The notes beneath the pieces were generated by a model. It worked only from the letters and a program-made list of their open reading frames with translations. It was not told the DNA's origin and did no database searches. This document shows, piece after piece, positions 1 to 6,847 of a DNA stretch of 16,946 nt. Each line of letters opens with the position of its first letter. The stretch's first letter is position 1. The stretch comes from Silvanigrellaceae bacterium (GTDB taxonomy: Bacteria > Bdellovibrionota_B > Oligoflexia > Silvanigrellales > Silvanigrellaceae), in NCBI GenBank assembly GCA_049423385.1, contig JBMSQQ010000073.1:1-16946 (forward strand), written 5' to 3'. Position numbers and translations under genes: made by a program.

Positions 1-855
1 TTAAGGCACATGGACCGGGAATGGGAATTATTTTTTGTTCTTGTTGTCGCAAAACGCATTCTCGAAAGCGACCTCTCCTTGCTGGAGGAATTACAGACGC
101 GCACCGGAAAAAAGATTCACGTCGTCAGAACCATGATCGATCAGGATATTGAAAATGCAGTTCACGATGGACTGTCTCGCGATCTGGTTCTGCCAAGAAT
201 CCGAACCGATCTTGAAGGCAAATTTGGCCGCAACAGAAACTGTTGGCTCGTCTCGAACAGGCATCCCAAGGAGTTCGACTTTCCTGCGTTTTCGGATTCC
301 CTGCTGGAAGACTTCGATGAAGCGCGTCGCGACAAGTTTGTTTTTGCGGTTCAGGCGTACACCGAGGAGCAGCTGCGACGCAAACGCGAAGTCGCTGAAC
401 GTCACGTCAACCTGTTTTCGGGAATGGCTGCCGTCAACGGCTTCAATCCAATTCCCGGTGCTGACATTGTCGCCGATGTCGCAATTCTGGTGAAGATGAA
501 TCAGTGGATTCTCCGCTGCTACAAACTCGATGAGGAACATCTGCGCAAGGAGCTTGGCAAGTCTTCGCTTTCCTCTGCACAACTCACTCTCATCAACCGG
601 CTCATTTCCTATGGAACACGCGAATTCGTTCTGTCGCTGTTGAAGCGCCAGGCGACGCGCATGACGGGCAAGGAACTCGCAAAGTGGGTTCCTGTTGTTG
701 GCCAGATGGCATCGGCAGGACTTGGGTTCGCCCTCACCCGCTGGATGGGACACGACCTTGTCGACCAATGTGAGGAAGCCACCCGATCAATTCTGCACGG
801 TCAAAAGAAGGGCGCAGGTTCGAGACAAAAAAACAAGGACAACACACACGCTTAA
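1..855 (+). CDS. Immunity-related (IRG/IIGP-like) GTPase, C-terminal part with DUF697-like helical domain; 5'-truncated by window edge
   Basis: Frame is open from base 1 (LRHMDREW...), so the true start is upstream. Segments FFVLVVAKRILESDLSLLEEL, IHVVRTMIDQD (G4 region), WLVSNRHPKEFDFP (G5 region), TEEQLRRKR and FNPIPGADIVADVAIL resemble IRG/IIGP proteins, by recollection. G1/G3 lie outside the window. Confidence 0.75.
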   Translation, partial: LRHMDREWELFFVLVVAKRILESDLSLLEELQTRTGKKIHVVRTMIDQDIENAVHDGLSRDLVLPRIRTDLEGKFGRNRNCWLVSNRHPKEFDFPAFSDSLLEDFDEARRDKFVFAVQAYTEEQLRRKREVAERHVNLFSGMAAVNGFNPIPGADIVADVAILVKMNQWILRCYKLDEEHLRKELGKSSLSSAQLTLINRLISYGTREFVLSLLKRQATRMTGKELAKWVPVVGQMASAGLGFALTRWMGHDLVDQCEEATRSILHGQKKGAGSRQKNKDNTHA

Positions 856-875
856 AAAAGAATGGAGAATGTTCA

Positions 876-1331
876 ATGAAACATGTTTTTGCATCCACCG
901 TTTCTGCAGTTGCTTTGCTTGCCACCACGACCGCCTGCAAAAGGTCCGGCGAAACCGCAGGCGACTCGGGCACTGCATCGATTGATTCATATAGCGAATG
1001 CAAACCCGGACTCTTGCGCTGGATGTGCAAACCCAAAACGGAATTGCTTTTTGCGGTCAAATTCGGCGACGGTTATTGCCTCTATAAATCATCATTCAAG
1101 GGCGCAACACCGGACGAACGGGCCAAACATGTCAAGGACCTTTTCAGCAACGAACGCTTTACGCAAAGTTACCCACAGCCGCACGCAACAAAATTTTCCC
1201 GGAACACTTTGCTTTCAAGGATTTCGGATGGCGGTTCATACATCAAGGACAGATTCCATGATGCCATCCGGGATGAATTGGCACATGCAGACAAAACACC
1301 GGGCCTCGTCAATGCCGAAGTCAAGGCATGA
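876..1331 (+). CDS. Hypothetical lipoprotein (151 aa)
   Basis: GGAG RBS at 864-867. MKHVFASTVSAVALLATTTA-C is a signal peptide II-like sequence. It starts 20 bp after the GTPase stop, so the two are probably co-transcribed. Confidence 0.7.
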   Translation: MKHVFASTVSAVALLATTTACKRSGETAGDSGTASIDSYSECKPGLLRWMCKPKTELLFAVKFGDGYCLYKSSFKGATPDERAKHVKDLFSNERFTQSYPQPHATKFSRNTLLSRISDGGSYIKDRFHDAIRDELAHADKTPGLVNAEVKA

Positions 1332-1355
1332 AATCCCGCTCCTGAGGATTTTTTT
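1331..1355 (+). terminator. Possible weak intrinsic terminator
   Basis: AAATCC-N9-GGATTT stem whose 3' arm runs into a T tract, directly after the lipoprotein stop. The stem is weak. Confidence 0.35.
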
Positions 1356-1472
1356 GGGGAGTTCACGAATTGGCTCGAGACTGCCTTTTTCAGCGCAGAC
1401 AGCGGCGGAGTCAGCGGCAAGTGTCCTCCACCCCGGGAACTGCAAAAGAGTCGGTGAGCACCTGTCGGGCAA

Positions 1473-2513
1473 TCAAACCAATCCGGCAGCGTCAGAAAAT
1501 GACTTCTGGGTATTTTCAAAAAAATCATGTTCGTCATGACCTGCTGTCGCACCGGCACGCAATGTCCTGCTCAGCTCGGGCATCGTTCTGAGCAGTTTCT
1601 GGCTCTGCTCAATCCCTCGCATGGCCTTTTGGAGATGTTCGGAAATCTGTTCCGACATGACGTTCAATTGCTGCTCGGCATTTTGCAGGAATTTTATCTT
1701 TTCGTTCACTCCCGACGACATCTCATAATAACGGATCGCGTGCGACAACGGTTGGAGGGCAACAAAGAGAGTGTGGGGGGAGACGACGAGAACCCGTTCT
1801 TCCACCAGGGATTGCCACAACTCGATATCGTGCAGAACTTCCTGAAAGACTCCTTCGGACGGAATGAACAAATAAGCAAAATCGGTGGTGCCCAATTCGG
1901 GGCGCACGTATTTTCGGGCAATTTCTCGAGCACTCGCACGGAGTGCCTGTGCCAATTGCTTGCGGGCATCCGTCATGACCGATGCATCGACGTGTCCTTC
2001 GAGCAAGGTCTGGGCTGCGGCAAAATGAAATTTCGCATCAATCGGGCAAACAAGTCCAATGTGGGGAAAGCGAATCACTGCGTCAACCCGGCCGCCTCCA
2101 ATTTCATGTTGAAAAGCATAACCATGGGGTGGCAGCACATCACTGAGCAATCTTTCCAGCGTTGTTTCACCCAGAATCCTGCCTCGCAAATGAGGAACAA
2201 CAAGAGCGGTCTTCAACGAACCGACCGCATCACTCATGACCCTGAGTTGTTGGGCCTGACCTCCCAATTGGGCATGAACATCGCGACTCCAATGTTCAAC
2301 CCTTTTGGCCAGGGCATCGGCTTGCATGGAAATCTGGTTTTCGAGCTGACGTTGGTGGTTTTGCAGCTCAGCCAATTTTGTTTCCTGTCTCTTCTGTGTC
2401 GCGCGTGTCCAGGCACGAAGCATCACACCCAGACAGACCAGGCCAACCAGCAAGCTCACACTGAGGGGATAGGCCAATGCACTGACAATTGTGCTAGTAT
2501 CAAATTGAGACAT
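1473..2513 (-). CDS. rmuC: DNA recombination protein RmuC
   Basis: N-terminal TM anchor, then coiled coil, then RGRILGETTLERLL, RVDAVIRFP...PIDAKF (PD-(D/E)xK-like), IARKYVRP..TTDFAYLFIPSEGVF and VSPHTL. Start placed at MSQF (2513), which has a GAGGAG RBS, rather than 2603. Confidence 0.9.
   Translation of the reverse strand: MSQFDTSTIVSALAYPLSVSLLVGLVCLGVMLRAWTRATQKRQETKLAELQNHQRQLENQISMQADALAKRVEHWSRDVHAQLGGQAQQLRVMSDAVGSLKTALVVPHLRGRILGETTLERLLSDVLPPHGYAFQHEIGGGRVDAVIRFPHIGLVCPIDAKFHFAAAQTLLEGHVDASVMTDARKQLAQALRASAREIARKYVRPELGTTDFAYLFIPSEGVFQEVLHDIELWQSLVEERVLVVSPHTLFVALQPLSHAIRYYEMSSGVNEKIKFLQNAEQQLNVMSEQISEHLQKAMRGIEQSQKLLRTMPELSRTLRAGATAGHDEHDFFENTQKSFSDAAGLV
2492..2500 (+). promoter_or_regulatory. 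Candidate extended -10 promoter for the recombinase gene, inside the rmuC 5' end
   Basis: TG-C-TAGTAT about 47 bp upstream of ATG 2547. No clear -35 box. Confidence 0.3.
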
Positions 2514-2546
2514 GTTTCGGGCCTCCTCACCCCACAGGAAAGTTTT

Positions 2547-3557
2547 ATGAGATCTCCGACACCAATGCCATCGATGCCGTTGACTCCTTGGCTGCGTGAG
2601 CATGGTTCAATCGAGGCGGTGGAGATCGTCGAACATTTTCTGCTCCAGTTCCAGAGCCAACACACACGGCGAAACTACGCGTCTGATCTCGATTCGTTCT
2701 TTGGATGGTGGAACAAAAAAAATGCACAACTGATCGAAAACCTCGAGGCGATCACCGAGAAACACGTCATGCTGTGGCTGGAACAGTTTTCTGCCGGGTC
2801 GAACCGGTCACGCAAACTTGCAACTCTGAGTTCGTTTTTCCGTTTTTGCGAACGAAAAAAATTCATTCCATCGAATCCATGTCGGTTGCTGAAACGCAAG
2901 AAGGAAGGCTCGTCCGGAACCACCCAGGCATTGGACGAAGAAGAAACCATCCGGTTATTGAATCACTTGCATGCCGCCGCATTTGAATTTCAGCTCCATG
3001 GAAAGCATGCGGAACGCCAACGGCGTTCGGCTCAACTCCGATTTGCGGTTATTCACACACTCTTTTCGGTTGGAATGCGGGTCGACGAACTTTGCGAATT
3101 GCGCGTCGGCGATCTTCTCTTTCACCCACCGTCATTCAAAATCCGCTTTACAAGCAAGGGTGGCGAAGAACACACCACTGCAGTTTCAGAATCATGTGCA
3201 ACCGTGATTCAAAACTATCTTTCAATGTGCCGCAGCGGCGCGGTATCCGGGGATTTCGTTTTCTCCCGGGTTCAGGCTGCCAGCAAGGTAGTCAAATTGT
3301 CGCAAACGGCAGTATTCCGCATGATTCGGGAATCAGCGAACGAGGCTGGAATCAACAAGAGCCTGAGCCCACACAGCGCACGCGCAACGGTTGCAACTGT
3401 TCTCCACCGCCAAGGAGTTCCACTCGGTTTTATTCAAACGTTGCTCAACCACAAACAGATCACGACGACGGCGCAATACGTCAAAAAAGCAAATGAGCGC
3501 AGCGAATCCGCCGCGCTCAAGGCACCTGTCTCACAATGGCTGGACCGAACCCGCTAA
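2547..3557 (+). CDS. XerC/XerD-like tyrosine recombinase (about 336 aa)
   Basis: Core-binding domain (SQHTRRNYASDL...RKLATLSSFFRF...NP) and full catalytic set: GMRVDEL (R), SKGG (K), PHSAR (HxxR), LLNH (H), TTAQY (Y). AGGA RBS before ATG 2547; alternative starts are 2565 and 2574. The upstream part of the 676-aa track ORF is antisense to rmuC. Confidence 0.9.
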   Translation: MRSPTPMPSMPLTPWLREHGSIEAVEIVEHFLLQFQSQHTRRNYASDLDSFFGWWNKKNAQLIENLEAITEKHVMLWLEQFSAGSNRSRKLATLSSFFRFCERKKFIPSNPCRLLKRKKEGSSGTTQALDEEETIRLLNHLHAAAFEFQLHGKHAERQRRSAQLRFAVIHTLFSVGMRVDELCELRVGDLLFHPPSFKIRFTSKGGEEHTTAVSESCATVIQNYLSMCRSGAVSGDFVFSRVQAASKVVKLSQTAVFRMIRESANEAGINKSLSPHSARATVATVLHRQGVPLGFIQTLLNHKQITTTAQYVKKANERSESAALKAPVSQWLDRTR

Positions 3558-3568
3558 ACCCTCCCCGC

Positions 3569-3606
3569 ACCTGCCTTGCATTCTTTCGAAAAGAAGAAAG
3601 GCGGGT
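3569..3606. terminator. Stem-loop between convergent recombinase and ihfA genes
   Basis: ACCTGCCTT/AAGGCGGGT outer stem plus TTCTT/AAGAA inner stem. No good U tract. Confidence 0.35.
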
Positions 3607-3629
3607 CTGGAATACGGCAGGACGGAAAA

Positions 3630-3980
3630 TCAGATATCTTCGTCGTCGTCATCCCTCATGCCTGGACCCACGATGGTGACCTTGCTGTCGTCGAGGTCCG
3701 CATTCTTGACTGCATCACGCAACTTTTCGGAAGGGTGAAAAGTCACAACCCGGCGTGCCGAGATTTCGATTCTTTCGCCAGTGTGGGGATTGCGTCCCGG
3801 GCGGCTCTGCTTGCTTTTCACAGTCCACTTGCCGAAGCCGGAGATTTTCACTTCCTCACCCTGCTCGAGTTTGCTCTTCATCGTCTCCAGCATCAATTCG
3901 ACAAGCTTTTTAGCCTCTTGAAACGAGAACTGGGTCCGCTGGCGGATGATCTCGACGAGACGATCTTTGGTGAGTGTCAT
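3630..3980 (-). CDS. ihfA: Integration host factor subunit alpha (116 aa, acidic C-terminal extension)
   Basis: MTLTKDRLVE...VKISGFGKW...RPGRNPHTGE...ISARRVVTFHPSEKL is typical of IHF-alpha. GAGAGGGG RBS upstream of ATG 3980. Confidence 0.88.
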   Translation of the reverse strand: MTLTKDRLVEIIRQRTQFSFQEAKKLVELMLETMKSKLEQGEEVKISGFGKWTVKSKQSRPGRNPHTGERIEISARRVVTFHPSEKLRDAVKNADLDDSKVTIVGPGMRDDDDEDI

Positions 3981-4186
3981 GATGCAGTATCCCCTCTCAA
4001 ATCTGGCCTTGCTCACACTTGCCGGTATCATTTCACACCCTTACCCACGCATTCAACCGCACACATGTCAAAAATTCCGGATCCTGCCCCAAAAACCGAC
4101 TCGTCCCTTTGCTGTGGCAATTTTACCTGACTTCCACCCGGCGCGGACTTGCTGTTCGGACCCGCTCCCGTTAGAGAGGTAGCGGT

Positions 4187-4195
4187 TGATAAAAT
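4187..4195 (+). promoter_or_regulatory. Candidate extended -10 promoter for the membrane protein-trpS unit
   Basis: TG-A-TAAAAT, followed by GGGGAG RBS (4204-4209) and ATG 4221. Confidence 0.45.
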
Positions 4196-4220
4196 GCTTT
4201 TTTGGGGAGTCTTTTCGCCT

Positions 4221-4619
4221 ATGAATATCGTTTTTCTTCACGGCTTTCTCGCGACCACCCTTTTTGCAGCAGTGCTCGCTGACAGCCTCTTCATTCGCTC
4301 AAAGAACTCGCAAATCTTGCAGCCGGAAGCACTGATTGCATCCTGGCGCCGGTGGATTGGCCTCTACGAAATGTTTGCGGTTGTTGTCGTTGCAGGGCTT
4401 GGCATTGTTCAATGGATGCCCAACGTCTCAGGCTATCCCGCACCCATCTTTCACTCCAAATTGACTCTTCTGATTGTGCTTTTGGCACTGGCAAAAATCC
4501 GTATGTTCCGCGAACGGAAAACCCAGCAACCGAGCGCCGGGCTGACCAGGGCGATGCTCGCGGTCGTGACACTCATGTTTCTTTTGGGCTTGAGCTACCA
4601 CACGGGAGTTCTGAGATGA
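4221..4619 (+). CDS. Small 4-TM membrane protein (132 aa), unknown function
   Basis: Four hydrophobic segments, with His in TM1 (FLHG) and at the start of TM3 (FHSKLTL). Its stop overlaps the trpS start (ATGA). Confidence 0.7.
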   Translation: MNIVFLHGFLATTLFAAVLADSLFIRSKNSQILQPEALIASWRRWIGLYEMFAVVVVAGLGIVQWMPNVSGYPAPIFHSKLTLLIVLLALAKIRMFRERKTQQPSAGLTRAMLAVVTLMFLLGLSYHTGVLR

Positions 4620-5641
4620 GCAACGCTCAGCCCACCCACACCACCCACGTGGCAGGCCGCACCCGCTTACTGACGGGAGCCAAGCCAACGGCTGACCTGC
4701 ACGTTGGAAACTATTTTGGGGCTATCAGGCCAGCCGTTGAGGCTTCGCTCGATCCCAAAAATGAAGTGATATTGATGTGCGTGGATTGGCATGGCCTGAC
4801 CGACCGGGCAAAAATGCTTGAACCCGGCAAACAGACGCCTGGCCTGCTCGCAACCTACCTGACCATGGGGTTTTCACTTGAAAACAACATGTGCATTCTT
4901 CAAAGCGAAATTCCCCAGATTCAGGAAATGGCTTGGTACCTTTCCTGCGTCAGTGCAGTCGGTCTTCTTGAAAGAGCACATGCCTACAAGGATGCCGTCG
5001 CCAATGGCAAGGAACCAACCGCGGCGCTGTTCAATTATCCGGTTCTGATGGCGGCCGATATCGTCACGTTTGATGCCCAGCTGGTGCCGGTCGGCAAAGA
5101 TCAGGCACAACACCTGGAGTATGCCTCCGACATGGTCAAATACTTCAACAATGCCGTTGGACATCCGGTATTGTTCGAGCCCAAGGCGCAAATCCAGGAA
5201 ACGCCTTTGCTGATTGGCATCGATGGCGAGCGAAAAATGAGCAAGAGTTACGGAAATCACATTCCGCTTTTTGCACCCAAAAAGGAAATTGAAAAACGCT
5301 GCAAGGAAATCAAAACCGACTCCAAGGGTCTCGACGACCCCAAGGATCCGGAAAGCTGTGCCGTGTTTCAAATCCTCAAGTCTTTTGGCTCCATCGAAGC
5401 AATTTCCTATATGGAAGAGCGCCTGCGCAAAGGTACAAGCTACGGATATGGCCACGCGAAAAAGGACCTGATGGAGGAACACGAACGGGTTTTTGGCAGC
5501 AAGCGTGAGCTTTTCGAGCACTACATCAACAGCCCCCGCGAGGTTGCACAGATTCTTGCACCCGGCCATGACCGGGCAAGGCAAGTGGCAGCGACAGTTC
5601 GCCAACGGGTGCGTGATGCTCTTGGATTGGGTATTCTGTAG
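4616..5641 (+). CDS. trpS: Tryptophan--tRNA ligase
   Basis: HIGH-like PTADLHVGNYFGA, YPVLMAADI, VPVGKDQAQHLE and KMSKS motifs. Start at ATG 4616, not the 4352 track start. Confidence 0.97.
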   Translation: MSNAQPTHTTHVAGRTRLLTGAKPTADLHVGNYFGAIRPAVEASLDPKNEVILMCVDWHGLTDRAKMLEPGKQTPGLLATYLTMGFSLENNMCILQSEIPQIQEMAWYLSCVSAVGLLERAHAYKDAVANGKEPTAALFNYPVLMAADIVTFDAQLVPVGKDQAQHLEYASDMVKYFNNAVGHPVLFEPKAQIQETPLLIGIDGERKMSKSYGNHIPLFAPKKEIEKRCKEIKTDSKGLDDPKDPESCAVFQILKSFGSIEAISYMEERLRKGTSYGYGHAKKDLMEEHERVFGSKRELFEHYINSPREVAQILAPGHDRARQVAATVRQRVRDALGLGIL

Positions 5642-5668
5642 GCAAACCATTGCCTGCAGGAGCCCTTT

Positions 5669-6844
5669 ATGACGCCCCAGCGAACAGCGAATCATCATCC
5701 AATTCTCATCCCACTGTTGTTCGTACCTGCGATAGCCTTGAGTGGTTGTCAGCTCTTTCAATCCAAAAACAATACTTTTGTTCAAAAAGACAAAACCACT
5801 GGACAAATTCAGGCTCTCTTGCTGCCGCTGAATGACACCATCGCGGATGCAGCTCCCTCGAATCCAAGCACCCCATCTGCAAATCCGAATCCAGGAGCTT
5901 CAGGTGTGACAGATGTTGCAGCTGCCACTGACACGGCAGATGCACCGGACGATGTTGCCACGGCATTCAAGAAAATGGGGCAATGCTGGTATTTGATTCG
6001 TGCAAACGACAGTCGAAAAAAGAAAATCGACCTCAACAACGTCAATCTCAGCCTGCCGGCGGACCAGGCCGATGCGATGGAAGGTTCAGAGCTTGTCACG
6101 GTCAATTACGTGCCAACACCTGCGCTGATCGGAGCGATGAAACGCGACCCGCTGCTGAGAAACATGCGGGCACTTTATGACAACACAAAGCAGAGAATGA
6201 CTGAGGCTAGTCAACGCAACTTTTCAAACCTCACCTCAAATCCGGTCTATGTTGCAACCGTCGGCGGTACGATTGCCAGCCAGGCCTTCCTCAATGATCG
6301 TCTTGGCGGAATGAGTGCGGAAAGCCTGCTTGCGAATCGTGAAAAGGCATTGGCTTTCTGGACGCGTGTGACAGAGAATTCGGTCATTTCAAAATTCAGG
6401 AATGGCGCACTCGTGGCCAAACTTGCTGGTCCGCGCAACGTGATTGTCAACTCGGCATTCAGCATCTTCGATAAAGCCCATCATTTTTGTTTCCGCAATC
6501 CAAGCACATCCCGCGTGATGGGACTTGCCTGCGTGACGGGGCTCGTCACCGTGATTTCCGCGGCAATCCAGGGCTCCGTGAATCTGTGGACGGAAAACAC
6601 CGAAAAGCCACCACCTCTTTTCAAGGCAGACAAACAGTTCCTGGATGAATTTGCCGCTGCGGTTGCAGACATCGAAAAAGAGGCGATTGTCACCGACGAC
6701 GAACTGACTGCGTTGGTCAGGACTTCCGACGGCAAAAATCAGGAAGGTGTGCTGCGCAAACTTGGAAAACGCCCTGGTGCAGCTTGTCCAACCTCTGCAC
6801 AGGCGGCCCGCAACCTCAGGGTCGCTGCGGGCCTGGAGCAATAA
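5669..6844 (+). CDS. Hypothetical lipoprotein (391 aa)
   Basis: AGGAG RBS and lipobox LSG-C (C27). Contains a Pro/Ala/Ser/Asp low-complexity segment and internal hydrophobic helices. Confidence 0.75.
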   Translation: MTPQRTANHHPILIPLLFVPAIALSGCQLFQSKNNTFVQKDKTTGQIQALLLPLNDTIADAAPSNPSTPSANPNPGASGVTDVAAATDTADAPDDVATAFKKMGQCWYLIRANDSRKKKIDLNNVNLSLPADQADAMEGSELVTVNYVPTPALIGAMKRDPLLRNMRALYDNTKQRMTEASQRNFSNLTSNPVYVATVGGTIASQAFLNDRLGGMSAESLLANREKALAFWTRVTENSVISKFRNGALVAKLAGPRNVIVNSAFSIFDKAHHFCFRNPSTSRVMGLACVTGLVTVISAAIQGSVNLWTENTEKPPPLFKADKQFLDEFAAAVADIEKEAIVTDDELTALVRTSDGKNQEGVLRKLGKRPGAACPTSAQAARNLRVAAGLEQ

Positions 6845-6847
6845 TCC

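Noticed and set aside
91..768. 225-aa minus-strand ORF (also 4874-5806 minus)
   Set aside because: These are antisense to well-supported genes and have no motifs.
1370..1591. 73-aa TTG-start ORF with a GGGGAG upstream
   Set aside because: It overlaps the rmuC 3' end on the opposite strand and has no recognisable protein features.
1527..2546. 676-aa track ORF suggesting a recombinase with a 340-aa N-terminal extension
   Set aside because: The extension is the antisense shadow of rmuC and looks like no protein domain. A normal-sized recombinase starts at 2547 with its own RBS.
1473..4200. dif site, att site or integrated-element boundary near the recombinase
   Set aside because: No dif-like sequence, tRNA, flanking direct repeat or phage/plasmid cargo was seen by eye.
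4352..4615. N-terminal extension of TrpS in the ORF track
   Set aside because: It overlaps the 4-TM gene in another frame. The ATGA-coupled start at 4616 gives a typical TrpS length.
4130..4620. T-box or Trp attenuator upstream of trpS
   Set aside because: No T-box motif, leader peptide with tandem Trp codons or terminator was found. The region is an ordinary CDS.
5638..5657. GGCAAACCATT, reminiscent of a c-di-GMP-I riboswitch start
   Set aside because: The rest of the motif is absent and the intergenic gap is only 27 bp. It is just a short hairpin overlapping the trpS stop.
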